From Flavobacteriales bacterium (GTDB lineage: Bacteria; Bacteroidota; Bacteroidia; Flavobacteriales_G; Salibacteraceae): DNA of 64,000 nt. The notes beneath the pieces are model-generated. The model was not told the origin of the DNA and made no database searches. It saw nothing but the letters and a program-made list of their open reading frames with translations. Position numbers and translations under genes: made by a program. Of the stretch, positions 1-10,124 are shown one piece after another (the first letter of the stretch is position 1; the number at the start of each line of letters is the position of its first letter). The stretch lies in assembly GCA_018609045.1 (NCBI GenBank), contig JABAYK010000009.1, positions 57,006 through 121,005 of the forward strand, read 5' to 3'.

Positions 1-98
1 TTTTTTATTCACAATAAGACATTAAAATAATGATATACAAACACTTAAGTGGGTATTTTTATTAACCTAATTTTAACATTATCAGTAAACTTTACCCT

Positions 99-106
99 TA
101 ATTTTG
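99..106 (+). promoter_or_regulatory. candidate Bacteroidota sigma-A -7 box TAATTTTG (consensus TAnnTTTG)
   Basis: Exact TAnnTTTG match 11 nt upstream of the ATG at 117. The motif class is known from Bacteroides/Flavobacterium promoters. No TSS data. Confidence 0.35.
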
Positions 107-116
107 CAATCGATTT

Positions 117-1451
117 ATGGCTAAAAAAATTACCCTCATAATTTTAACCTCTTTTCTGTTTTCCTTTTTAGGATATAGTCAAAACAATAAAAGCAGTTTA
201 GGGGCAGAAGAATATGAAACCGCAACGGTAATTACTTACAATTTAACTTTCTACAGAGAAACTTCTTCTTTTTGCAATGGCACAAATAACGATGCCAATT
301 TAAAAGATGCTGCTCTTGCTAAAATTGTAGATTTTGCTAAGCCAGATGTAATGGTTTGCCAAGAAATTGGCTCAAACTTCACCAACCCGAATAAAATTAT
401 TGAAAATGCTTTAAATATTAATGGGGTAACTTCTTGGAAACAATGCGACTTCAGCAACAATGGATCAAACTTGGTAAATATGTTGTTTTACAACTCCGAA
501 AAATTTGATTTACACAGTCAATCTAATATATCAAAAGACTTAAGCGGAAATAATTTGGTTAGAGTTATTGATTTTTACACGTTGTATTACAAAGACCCTG
601 AACTTGTTGATGGCTCAGATACTGTTTTTATTACATTTATTGGTGCTCATTTAAAAGCTGGAAACACCAGTGTTGATGAGTCTGATAGAGCTAAAGCAAC
701 AGCTGCAGTTATGGATTACATTGAAACCAACAACCTAAAAGGCAATTTGCTTTTTATGGGTGACTTAAATGTTTACGCAGGCAGCGAAGAGTGTTTTCAA
801 AACTTAATTGACCACACAAATTCTGAATTTAACTTTTACGACCCCGTTAATGCAATTGGCAATTGGAATAGCAATTCAAGCTATAGTAGTTACCATACTC
901 AATCTACAAGAGTTGCTAGTAATGGCTGCTTATCTGGAGGAGGAATGGATGACCGGTTTGACCACATATTAATTACCGATGCAGTAAAAAGCAATACCTC
1001 AGGGGTTGAATACATCAAAAACTCTTTCAAGGTTATTGGTCAGGATGGGAATAGATACAATCAATCAATTATTTTTCCTCAAAATTTTAGTGTTCCAAAA
1101 GGAATAGATACAGCTTTGTATAACCTAAGTGACCACCTTCCTGTAAAAGTAGATTTAAAATTAAAAAAACTACCTGTTGGAATCCAATCTCAAGAAACAT
1201 CAAAAAACAAATTATCAATTTTAAACCCTGTTGGAGATAACCTTACTATTTTTGGATTAGAAAATTTTGGAAATCAGAAATTTAATTTCTCAATTATAGA
1301 TATTAAAGGAAATCTAATCTCCCAGGGAAACTTTGTTGCTCAAGGTGGAAAAACAGATTTGAAAACAATAGATTTATGCACCGGAACTTATTTGTTAGAA
1401 ATCAAATCAAATGAAGGAGAAATATTCAATTTTAAATTCATCAAACAATAA
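117..1451 (+). CDS. secreted endonuclease/exonuclease/phosphatase (EEP) family protein with T9SS C-terminal sorting domain
   Basis: 444-aa ORF with an N-terminal signal peptide (ITLIILTSFLFSFLGYSQ). EEP-type motifs GDLN, DDRFDHILI and SDHLPV. The C-terminal ~80 aa (LSILNPVGDNLTIF...YLLEIKSNEGEIFNFKFIKQ) looks like a Por/T9SS type-A tail. Confidence 0.8.
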   Translation: MAKKITLIILTSFLFSFLGYSQNNKSSLGAEEYETATVITYNLTFYRETSSFCNGTNNDANLKDAALAKIVDFAKPDVMVCQEIGSNFTNPNKIIENALNINGVTSWKQCDFSNNGSNLVNMLFYNSEKFDLHSQSNISKDLSGNNLVRVIDFYTLYYKDPELVDGSDTVFITFIGAHLKAGNTSVDESDRAKATAAVMDYIETNNLKGNLLFMGDLNVYAGSEECFQNLIDHTNSEFNFYDPVNAIGNWNSNSSYSSYHTQSTRVASNGCLSGGGMDDRFDHILITDAVKSNTSGVEYIKNSFKVIGQDGNRYNQSIIFPQNFSVPKGIDTALYNLSDHLPVKVDLKLKKLPVGIQSQETSKNKLSILNPVGDNLTIFGLENFGNQKFNFSIIDIKGNLISQGNFVAQGGKTDLKTIDLCTGTYLLEIKSNEGEIFNFKFIKQ

Positions 1452-1454
1452 ATT

Positions 1455-3617
1455 TTGAAGTTACCTATTCACAAGTGCCTAGCTTTAATAATTTCAACTT
1501 TTGTTGGATTTACATCTTTTGGGCAAGAGTCTTTTGATGAAAGGGTTACCTCAGCTTCAAACGTAAGATTAACAATTACCAATGTAGGAACTTTCGGAAA
1601 CTCTTTTAGGGGTTATAGAGATGGTACAGGCGACCAATCTTGTGAATACCCTGCAGGTTCGGGTGTTGAGCATTTGTTTGAATCTGGAGTTTGGTTTGGT
1701 GGATTAGTAAATGGACAAGAAGTAATTTCTACAACAGCTTACGATGCTCCACAAGGTTATGCTCCTGGAAGGTCTGGATTTGAGTTTACTGGCGAAATTG
1801 GATCAAAACTAACTTTAAGATCATCGTTATTTGATAACCCAAACTATCGCCCTGACGCAGTTTCACACGAAGATTTTGTTGCTGAGTTTTCCGACAAAAA
1901 CGTTCTTGTGCCTGGTACCCAAATTCCAATTCAAGGCCATACAAACCCTTTGAACGTAAAAATTATTCAAGAAACTTATAACTGGAATTATTCTTTTTCA
2001 GACTTTTTTGTGATTTTGAATTTTACTGTTATTAATGAAGGCCAAAGTACAGTTGAAAATCCATATTTTGCTTTGTGGGCAAATGCTGTAGTAAGAAATA
2101 TTAGCATTACTCCTGCTGGTTCTGGAGGAGCTGCCTTTTACAACAAAGGTGGAAATGGTTTTATGGATAGTTTAAACTTAGCCTATTGCTATGATAATTC
2201 AGGAGATGTTGGTTTTACCGAAAGCTACATAGGCCAGAAGTTTTTGGGCGCGGAAGACAAAAAAGGATTTCGACACCCGTTAGTAGATACAATGAGCAGA
2301 ACAGGTGAAGTAATTACAGATTTTGAAGCTCATTATTCGGCTTGGGAGTTTAACAATACATCTAACCCACTTTATTTTTTACCTAGCACAGATCAACAAC
2401 GTTACGCCAAAATGAAAGAAGGGCTAAACAAAAATGCCTGTTGGGCAGACCCTACAAGTCCAAGTTGTGTTAGCGGACTAGATAGAGATATTCAAGATGA
2501 ATTAAACCAAGCAGGAAATAGATCTGATTTAGTTTCGGTTGGTCCTTTTGCAGAATTTGCTCCGGGTGATACCATCAAAATTTCTTACGCTTTTGTTTTG
2601 GCTGGAAAAAATGAAGATGGAAATGCCAATTCAGACAATAACCTTAACCAAAGAAAAAACCTGATTGGCAATGCCGGTTGGGCTCAAACTGCCTTTAATG
2701 GAGAAGATTTAAATTTTAATGGCAAGCTAGATCCAAATGAAGACAATGATGACAATGGAGTAATTACCAGATTTATTTTGCCTTCGCCGCCAGATATTCC
2801 AAAAACAAAAGTTGTTGCTGACACCAATAGAATTGAAATTTTTTGGGCCGATAACGCCGAAGAATCTATAGACCCTATAACTTTACTTAAAGATTTTGAA
2901 GGTTACCGAGTTTATATTTCTAAACTTGGCTTTGATGTTAAAGGTGTTTCTAACCTTGCAGAAAGTTTGATAAAAGCCGCCGAGTATGACCTTCCTAAAA
3001 ACGGATACTTTAAAGAAACAGGGTTTGAGTCTATAAAATTAGCTACTCCTCAAGTTATTGATGGAGATACATTTCATTATAAATATACCATTAACAATAT
3101 TCAAAATGGTTGGCAATACGCAGTTGCTATTTCGGCCTTTGATAGAGGAAATCCTGAAAGTAATCTAGAACCACTTGAATCAAGTTTATTGAGCAACAAT
3201 TACAGAGTTTTTGCAGGTACTCAGGTAAATCCAGATTTGAAAAAGTTTGAGCCTTTTGTTTATCCAAATCCATATTATGCAGGAGCTTCATGGGAAGGAC
3301 AAACCCGAAGCCCTGAAGAAAGCCGAAAACTAGTTTTTGCCAATTTACCAAAGCGTTGCTATATTAGAATATTTACATCAGCAGGAGATTTTATTGATGA
3401 AATATATCACGATGAAAATTATGATGGTAGCGATAGCAAATGGTATGAGTTTTTTGGAAGTGAAGATGACTCACCAAATGTATTTTCAGGTGGAGAACAT
3501 AGTTGGGATTTACTTTCAAAAGACACACAAATAATTTCGAGAGGTCTTTTTCTATTTAGCGTAGAAGATATCGAAACAGGTAATATATATAAAGGAAAAT
3601 TTGCAGTAATAAAATAA
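1455..3617 (+). CDS. large secreted protein of unknown function
   Basis: 720-aa ORF starting 4 nt after the upstream stop, with only a TTG start available. Signal-peptide-like N-terminus (ALIISTFVGFTSFGQ). No family recognised by eye. Beta-rich C-terminal tail (GLFLFSVEDIETGNIYKGKFAVIK). Confidence 0.6.
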   Translation: MKLPIHKCLALIISTFVGFTSFGQESFDERVTSASNVRLTITNVGTFGNSFRGYRDGTGDQSCEYPAGSGVEHLFESGVWFGGLVNGQEVISTTAYDAPQGYAPGRSGFEFTGEIGSKLTLRSSLFDNPNYRPDAVSHEDFVAEFSDKNVLVPGTQIPIQGHTNPLNVKIIQETYNWNYSFSDFFVILNFTVINEGQSTVENPYFALWANAVVRNISITPAGSGGAAFYNKGGNGFMDSLNLAYCYDNSGDVGFTESYIGQKFLGAEDKKGFRHPLVDTMSRTGEVITDFEAHYSAWEFNNTSNPLYFLPSTDQQRYAKMKEGLNKNACWADPTSPSCVSGLDRDIQDELNQAGNRSDLVSVGPFAEFAPGDTIKISYAFVLAGKNEDGNANSDNNLNQRKNLIGNAGWAQTAFNGEDLNFNGKLDPNEDNDDNGVITRFILPSPPDIPKTKVVADTNRIEIFWADNAEESIDPITLLKDFEGYRVYISKLGFDVKGVSNLAESLIKAAEYDLPKNGYFKETGFESIKLATPQVIDGDTFHYKYTINNIQNGWQYAVAISAFDRGNPESNLEPLESSLLSNNYRVFAGTQVNPDLKKFEPFVYPNPYYAGASWEGQTRSPEESRKLVFANLPKRCYIRIFTSAGDFIDEIYHDENYDGSDSKWYEFFGSEDDSPNVFSGGEHSWDLLSKDTQIISRGLFLFSVEDIETGNIYKGKFAVIK

Positions 3618-3645
3618 AAACTTAAACACGTAAATCACACAAACT

Positions 3646-5850
3646 ATGAAAAAATCATTACTTATTTTAACTCTTCTAATTGGTGCTTTTATTACAAGAG
3701 CCCAAGTAGATACAGTCTCAATTTATGACATACAATATGTTTCGCCAGCTACTTTGCAAGCTTGCGAAGATTCGTCATTTTACGAAAATAAAATCGTTCA
3801 CTTTGAAGGAATTATTTCAGTTGATGGAAATTTATCTGAAGTAGTTTCAGGCTCAATTACAGGAGGAAATAGGCCTTTTCTTAATGTAGTTGATACTGCA
3901 AATGGTGGCCAAGGTGGCCCTTTTATGGGCGTTGACATGATGGGAGTTATTGATGGAACATCAGACCCTTATCCAGGTTTTGAAAACCTCTTGGCTGGAG
4001 ATAGAATTAGAGCTACTTGTTTGGTTGCTTCGTATGATGGAGAAACCCAATTGACTCCTATTTCTTCTACTGCAATTCAAATTATCAGCAGTGGCACAGC
4101 ACCCTCGCCAATAGTGGTAAGCGTTGGAGATTTAAACGACAACCAAAGAGTTAACCAATTAGAAACAGGTGAGCAATGGGAAGGAAACTATGTTGAAATT
4201 CAAAATGTTACTGTTACAGCTGTTAACTTTTTTAGCGGCGGAAGTCGTGTAAGTTTAGATGTTACAGACCAAAACGGAAATGTAATCAACATAAGCGATA
4301 GATTTTTAGCCCAAAAATTAAACTCCCACCAAACCGTAAATCCTCAATCTCCTTCTTCAACAGGAAGTTTTGTTGCTCCACCAGTAGGCACTCAATACAA
4401 TTTTATTAGAGGTATGATTATTCACTCTGAAAATGGCTGTACAGGAAACGCAGGTAGAGGCTACGAATTAAACCCAACAAGTTCTGCTGATTATGAAATT
4501 GGTGTTGCTCCTCCAAATTTTACCAACATAATGAGGGATATTGCTATTCCAACAAGTTCTGATGATGTAGTTGTTTCTGCTGATATTACAGATTTTGATG
4601 GAAGTATAGTTTCAGCAAACCTTAAATACTCTGCCAACCTTTCAGACCCATTATCAGCTTTTACAACTGTTTCAATGACCAACACATCAGGTGATTCTTA
4701 CGAGGCTACAATTCCAGCTAATGCTGATGGAACAACAGTAAGATATATTTTAGAAGCAACAGATGATAATTCAAATACTACCGTTTTTCCTTTTACACCT
4801 CAAAATGCTCCTCAACCTAATGTATATGCTTACACAGTAAGAAACAATGGGTTAACAATTGTTGACGTTCAAAAAACTTTTGGCGGCAGCGATTTATCAT
4901 CTTACATTGGAGAAGAAGTTACCGTAACAGGATTTGTAACTGCTACTGCTAAAAGCAACGATATTGGCTATGTTTATATCCAACAAGCTAACGAAACTGA
5001 ATACGCTGGGATAATTTGCTTAGGAACACCAGATTTAATTGCACTTTGTAGAGGAGAAGAAGCAACAATAACTGGAATTGTTGAAGAGGATTTTGGAATG
5101 ACAAGAATACAAGCCACATCGGTTGCAAGAACAGGAAATTACAACTTGGTAGACCCAGTAAGTATTGATCCATCTAGCACAACATTAGAAATGGAAGCAT
5201 ACGAATCAATGTTGGTTTCTGCAGAAAATCCAGGTGGCGGAAAAGTTTATATTAATGAAGCTAATATGGGTTTTGGAGATTACGGTATTGGAACTACTCA
5301 AGGAGGAACAGATAATATGAGAGTATTAGCTGGAAGACAATCTAGCTCTTCGTACTCATCTCTATACGTTTCTTTAATTACAGATTCTTTTTACATCAAT
5401 AATGATGGACAATTAGAAGTTGACCCAGTTTTAACCAACACCAACCAAACTATGGATGCCATGGTAGGTTTAGTTTATTACAGTTTCTCAAATTACAGAT
5501 TACAACCAAGAAACAATGATGATATTATTGGATTTAGTGAAACCTTAGATTCAGCAGGTTTTATCTGCAATCCAGTAATTGGCCCAGGAAGTGTAAACGA
5601 ATTAAGTATTGAGGAAAGTGTAACTATTTACCCAAATCCATCAAATGGTCAAATTACTTTTCAAAGTAACTCTAATGATGTTTACCAAGTTGAGGTTTTT
5701 GATATGATGGGAAGAAATGTGTATTCTAGAGTTTCATTAAATCCAATTCAAACTTTAAACCTTTCATTTATTGAAAGCGGTATTTATATGGTTGCCATGA
5801 AAACCAAAGATGAAAAAACCATCAAAACACAAAAAATAATTATCAAGTAA
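3646..5850 (+). CDS. secreted multi-domain protein with T9SS C-terminal sorting domain
   Basis: 734-aa ORF with a signal peptide (LLILTLLIGAFITRAQ). C-terminal T9SS tail (VTIYPNPSNGQITFQ...GIYMVAMKTKDEKTIKTQKIIIK). Repeated modules begin VSIYDIQY... and LTIVDVQKTF... Confidence 0.75.
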   Translation: MKKSLLILTLLIGAFITRAQVDTVSIYDIQYVSPATLQACEDSSFYENKIVHFEGIISVDGNLSEVVSGSITGGNRPFLNVVDTANGGQGGPFMGVDMMGVIDGTSDPYPGFENLLAGDRIRATCLVASYDGETQLTPISSTAIQIISSGTAPSPIVVSVGDLNDNQRVNQLETGEQWEGNYVEIQNVTVTAVNFFSGGSRVSLDVTDQNGNVINISDRFLAQKLNSHQTVNPQSPSSTGSFVAPPVGTQYNFIRGMIIHSENGCTGNAGRGYELNPTSSADYEIGVAPPNFTNIMRDIAIPTSSDDVVVSADITDFDGSIVSANLKYSANLSDPLSAFTTVSMTNTSGDSYEATIPANADGTTVRYILEATDDNSNTTVFPFTPQNAPQPNVYAYTVRNNGLTIVDVQKTFGGSDLSSYIGEEVTVTGFVTATAKSNDIGYVYIQQANETEYAGIICLGTPDLIALCRGEEATITGIVEEDFGMTRIQATSVARTGNYNLVDPVSIDPSSTTLEMEAYESMLVSAENPGGGKVYINEANMGFGDYGIGTTQGGTDNMRVLAGRQSSSSYSSLYVSLITDSFYINNDGQLEVDPVLTNTNQTMDAMVGLVYYSFSNYRLQPRNNDDIIGFSETLDSAGFICNPVIGPGSVNELSIEESVTIYPNPSNGQITFQSNSNDVYQVEVFDMMGRNVYSRVSLNPIQTLNLSFIESGIYMVAMKTKDEKTIKTQKIIIK

Positions 5851-5860
5851 AACTCTAATT

Positions 5861-5895
5861 CGCCATTCTTGCTTTTGCAAGAATGGCGTTTTGTT
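5861..5895 (+). terminator. intrinsic terminator / attenuator hairpin
   Basis: Perfect 12-bp stem cgccattcttgc/gcaagaatggcg (5861-5872 / 5877-5888) with a tttt loop, followed by ttttgtt. It lies directly between the stop at 5850 and the ATG at 5896. Confidence 0.55.
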
Positions 5896-7305
5896 ATGAA
5901 AAAGATAGGATTCATTTTTCTTTTAGGTGTTTTGTTAATTGGTTGTGATAAGGGCGAAAAATTTGAGAATAATCCCCCCGAAACACAATTGGCATTTGAA
6001 AGCATCAATTTAACTGGAGAAAACCGACTAAACTCCCAAGTAAGGTTAAGTTGGTTTGGTACTGATGTAGATGGTTACGTTAAAGGATATGAAATCTCTT
6101 TAAATAACCAAGATTGGAAATACGTAACCACCCAAGATAGTACCTTTGTTTTTCCACTTGAGCAAGGAAAAGATACAACCGATATCGATTTTTATGTTCG
6201 TTCAATTGATGATTTAGACCAAAAAGATGAAACCCCTGCCTACCTAAGAATCCCATTAAAAAATACTGCACCCGAAGTAAATTTTATTGCCTCTACCCTG
6301 CCAATTGACTCAAATCATTTGGTGGTTACATTTTCTTGGTTGGCTAAAGATTTAGATGGAGATGCATCTATTACAAATGCTTATTTAAAAGCTAATAATG
6401 GCGATTGGTTAGAAATTCCTTTAAATGCAAATGTTATTTCTTTAACGCCTGAAAACCCTTCAGCAAATGGAGTAACAAACGCAAAAATATACCACAATGG
6501 AAAATTTGACCCTTCTACCCTTTCTGGGTTTAACATAAATGGAGCAAATACATTGTACTTAAAAGTTGTAGATTTTGCAGGTGCTGAAAGCGAACCCGAC
6601 ACTTCAAACTCCTTTTATGTATCTGGTAAAAAAGAAAATATGTTGTTTATTTCTGGGCAAGATGAAGCAACAACAAACAAATACAAAGCCCTGCTTTCAA
6701 ACTCTAACTACGATTTTTTAGATTATAGTTTGGCCGATAAACAACCAAAATTTTGGGACCAAACATTTTCTCTTATCATCAATAATTACGAAGGATTATT
6801 TATCAACTCTGATGCAAATGTTTTTACAAATCCTTACAACCAAAGAAGTGCCTTGCTGCTAGAATTTATGGCGCCAAGTCTTCAAAAATATTTTAACAAT
6901 AACGGAAAAGCTTTTGTTACAACATCGTTTACATCTACAAGCGATATTACAAGTTTGTCTGAGGTTTTTCCTATAGACAGTATTTCAACTTCTAAAGGCC
7001 AAGCTAGGTTAGATCAAGATAGTGGTATTGTGGCTATTAACCAACCAACTTGGCCAAATGTTAACCCATCTTTTCTTATTGCGGGAGTTTCTCCCTTTCA
7101 TCCTACCCAAGATGCTGTGCCTCTTTACAAAGGCCAATTAAAAATTGGTGGAGGTTGGGTTGGCCCTAATGTAGTTGGAGCCAAAAGAAATTTAGGTGGG
7201 CAAACAAGTCAAATATTTTTCTCTGTGCAATTACATCAATTTGACAAAGACCAAACCGCTCAACAACAATTGCTAGAAAACATGTTAAACGAACTAGGCT
7301 TATGA
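5896..7305 (+). CDS. lipoprotein of unknown function
   Basis: The track ORF starts at 5869, inside the hairpin. ATG 5896 gives MKKIGFIFLLGVLLIGC, a lipobox. Two internal repeats share W-x-G-x-D-x-DG-like motifs (SWFGTDVDGYVKGYEISLNNQDW / SWLAKDLDGDASITNAYLKANNGDW). The stop overlaps the next start (ATGA). Confidence 0.65.
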   Translation: MKKIGFIFLLGVLLIGCDKGEKFENNPPETQLAFESINLTGENRLNSQVRLSWFGTDVDGYVKGYEISLNNQDWKYVTTQDSTFVFPLEQGKDTTDIDFYVRSIDDLDQKDETPAYLRIPLKNTAPEVNFIASTLPIDSNHLVVTFSWLAKDLDGDASITNAYLKANNGDWLEIPLNANVISLTPENPSANGVTNAKIYHNGKFDPSTLSGFNINGANTLYLKVVDFAGAESEPDTSNSFYVSGKKENMLFISGQDEATTNKYKALLSNSNYDFLDYSLADKQPKFWDQTFSLIINNYEGLFINSDANVFTNPYNQRSALLLEFMAPSLQKYFNNNGKAFVTTSFTSTSDITSLSEVFPIDSISTSKGQARLDQDSGIVAINQPTWPNVNPSFLIAGVSPFHPTQDAVPLYKGQLKIGGGWVGPNVVGAKRNLGGQTSQIFFSVQLHQFDKDQTAQQQLLENMLNELGL

Positions 7306-10124
7306 TGAAGAAAGCATTGCTTATTTGTTTGGCTTTAATTCAAGCAATAGTCGTTTTAGCCCAAGATGGTTCATTAAAAGGTACGGTTAGAGATAGCCAA
7401 ACCAAAGAAACCCTCATTGGAGCAACAGTTTTAATAGTTGGTACCTATAAAGGCATGGCCTGCGATATTGATGGGAATTATATCATAAAAGATATTAAGC
7501 CAGGAGACTATTCCATTAAAGTTTCTTTTTTAGGATATGCTGATCAAATATTTAATGGAATAAAAATAGAAGAAGGCAAAACCAAAACATTAGATATTGA
7601 ATTAACATCTAGAGCTCAATCTATACAAGAAGTAGTAATTGTTGGAGAAAAAAACTTGGTAAATCTTGAATCTGCTGCCTCTGAAGTAAAAATCTCTGCA
7701 GAAGAAATAAGTTCAATGAATGTTAGAAGCGTGCAAGATGTTGTAGCACTGCAGGCTGGTGTAAGTCAAACCCCTGATGGATTACAAATTAGAGGCGCTA
7801 GAGTTTACGAAACCCAATATTTGGTTGACGGTATTTCGGCTCAAGACCCACTTGCTGGAACTGGCTTTGGGGTTGAAGTTTCTTCAGGTTCAATTGGAGA
7901 TTTGCAATTAATTACCGGTGGCGCAGGCGCAGAGTTTGGCGATGGTTCATCTGGTGTAATCACCACCCAAATAAAAGAAGGAAGCAAAACTTTTGAAATA
8001 GCTGGAAACTGGCAAACAGATAATTTTATTGGGCTATACGATGGAGACTCACAATGGAAAACAGATAATGTAGAATTATCATTTGCTGGGCCCGTTCCTT
8101 TTACCAATAAAAAAGTAACCTTTTTCAACAATGTATCTATGAATTTAACCGACCAATATTTTGGTTCAACTGCAAATCAGTTGCATAGTTCATTGTTCTC
8201 TAAAAACGATTCGTTGTGGGCACCGCGTTACGATAACAAATTTTCTCACACCTTTAAATTAGCTTACCAAATAAAACCAGGAACTAAACTCACTTTAACA
8301 AATCAGCATAGTTTAGCCATAAATCAAAATACAAGATCATTACAAATTGTAGGTTTCGATGCCATTTTAGCACCCGGTTACCAGTGGGAAAGAAGTTTGA
8401 ATTTAGACAATGCCACAACTTATACTCATCACTCAAACTTAACCGCATTAAACCTCAACCACTTCATAAACAATAATTTAAACCTGAACATATCAGTTGG
8501 AAGACTCTTTACCAATTTAAGAGCAGATGCCAATGGAAGGCCATTTAGAGCAGAAACAGTTGACCAGATTTATGACGAAGAATCTATTGTTACTAACCCT
8601 GTAGAATTATTTAATCCAGGTGATTCAGTTTTGTTTGTTTTGCCAGGTCCTGGATTGGTAAATAATGGAGGTATAACAGCAACATGGCACGATCATTATG
8701 TTGAAGAGTACACCATAAAAACCAAGTTTAGTTATTATCCACAAAACAAAACGCATAAATTCTCTTTCGGCGAAGAACTAAAACTCACCGAATACCAATG
8801 GGTTGATGTAACTGCGCCATGGGTTGGGGCTCCAATTCAAATATCAGATTCAGTTTCAACTCCATCAATAAGCATAGGTTCTTCAAACGATATATGGAAA
8901 GTAAATCCTGTTTCTGGAGGATTATTTTTTCAAGATGTAATTACCTACAAAGGCATTCAAGCAACCTTGGGTTTAAGATACAACTTCTGGGCTCCAGGCA
9001 AATTTGCCGATAATGCCATTTCAGATTCAACATCTCCAGTTTTAGACCAAGTTAGAACTGATTACATGGACGAAACTTTTGGTTTTTTTGGGTCAAGGGT
9101 TAAATCTAGATTGTTACCAAAGGTTAATGTTTCTTTCCCTGTAACCGAAAATAACATCCTTTACTTTAACTACGGCCATTCTATGAGGCTGCCTCACCCA
9201 CGCTTTGTATATGCAGGTTTAGACCCAGAATACCAAGACAGATCTTTTCTTTCTTTTTTAGGAAACCCAAATTTGAATCCTGAAATAAATGTTTCTTATG
9301 AAATTGGAACAAAATCGCAAATAACAAAAGACATAGCTTTAACTGTTTCGGCCTTTAACAACAACAGGTTCGATTACATAGTTCAGAGAAGAGTATTGGT
9401 AAAAGATCAAACAGGAAGATTTGTGGCGAAAAGAATGTACATCAACCAAGATTACGCAAAAATAATGGGGCTTGAACTTGGTATTTATAACAGAATTGGA
9501 AGAATGTTCAGAACCTTTTTTAATGCAACTTATCAAGTGGCTAGAGGGAAATCTAACTCAGCAAGAGAAGCCGGATTGCAAATAGAAAACAATGGCCAGG
9601 TTGAACTTTCAACAGAACAATACCTAAGTTTTGATAGGCCTTGGGATTTAAAACTTGGGTTTACTTTTAATGCCGATTCTACCGTAAAACTAGGCCGAGT
9701 AAACTTTAAAAATATTTCGGTTTTTGCATCTGCAACCTATAAATCGGGTTTTAGATATACCCCTCAGGTTTTAGAAGGTTACAACGATTTAGGCAGGCCT
9801 CAATTTGTGTCTCTAGACGATCAATACCTTCAAGAACAAGCAACTCCATGGTTTTGGGTCGATTTAAAATTATCAAGAAACTTTTTTATTGCCAAAAACA
9901 AAGGCGTAATGTTTACCCTAGAATTTAAAAATATCACAAATCACAAAAACGCTCAAATCATAAATCCAGTAACTGGAAGAGCATACGAGGTGGGAGATGA
10001 TGTGCCAAATGGCTGGAGAGACCCAAGATACATTAGTCCTGAAGAAAATGGGGCCCCTCCTGACAATCCAGCTAGATTTTTACAACCAAGGCAAATTTTG
10101 GCCGGCTTAAGTTTTAAATTTTAA
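7302..10124 (+). CDS. TonB-dependent receptor with N-terminal carboxypeptidase-regulatory-like domain
   Basis: 940 aa with a signal peptide. CarbopepD_reg-like segment (GSLKGTVRDSQTKETLIGATVLIVGT...GDYSIKVSFLGY). Plug motifs (LQIRGARVYETQYLVDGISAQDP). Long beta-barrel region ending in a terminal aromatic residue (GLSFKF). Confidence 0.85.
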   Translation: MMKKALLICLALIQAIVVLAQDGSLKGTVRDSQTKETLIGATVLIVGTYKGMACDIDGNYIIKDIKPGDYSIKVSFLGYADQIFNGIKIEEGKTKTLDIELTSRAQSIQEVVIVGEKNLVNLESAASEVKISAEEISSMNVRSVQDVVALQAGVSQTPDGLQIRGARVYETQYLVDGISAQDPLAGTGFGVEVSSGSIGDLQLITGGAGAEFGDGSSGVITTQIKEGSKTFEIAGNWQTDNFIGLYDGDSQWKTDNVELSFAGPVPFTNKKVTFFNNVSMNLTDQYFGSTANQLHSSLFSKNDSLWAPRYDNKFSHTFKLAYQIKPGTKLTLTNQHSLAINQNTRSLQIVGFDAILAPGYQWERSLNLDNATTYTHHSNLTALNLNHFINNNLNLNISVGRLFTNLRADANGRPFRAETVDQIYDEESIVTNPVELFNPGDSVLFVLPGPGLVNNGGITATWHDHYVEEYTIKTKFSYYPQNKTHKFSFGEELKLTEYQWVDVTAPWVGAPIQISDSVSTPSISIGSSNDIWKVNPVSGGLFFQDVITYKGIQATLGLRYNFWAPGKFADNAISDSTSPVLDQVRTDYMDETFGFFGSRVKSRLLPKVNVSFPVTENNILYFNYGHSMRLPHPRFVYAGLDPEYQDRSFLSFLGNPNLNPEINVSYEIGTKSQITKDIALTVSAFNNNRFDYIVQRRVLVKDQTGRFVAKRMYINQDYAKIMGLELGIYNRIGRMFRTFFNATYQVARGKSNSAREAGLQIENNGQVELSTEQYLSFDRPWDLKLGFTFNADSTVKLGRVNFKNISVFASATYKSGFRYTPQVLEGYNDLGRPQFVSLDDQYLQEQATPWFWVDLKLSRNFFIAKNKGVMFTLEFKNITNHKNAQIINPVTGRAYEVGDDVPNGWRDPRYISPEENGAPPDNPARFLQPRQILAGLSFKF

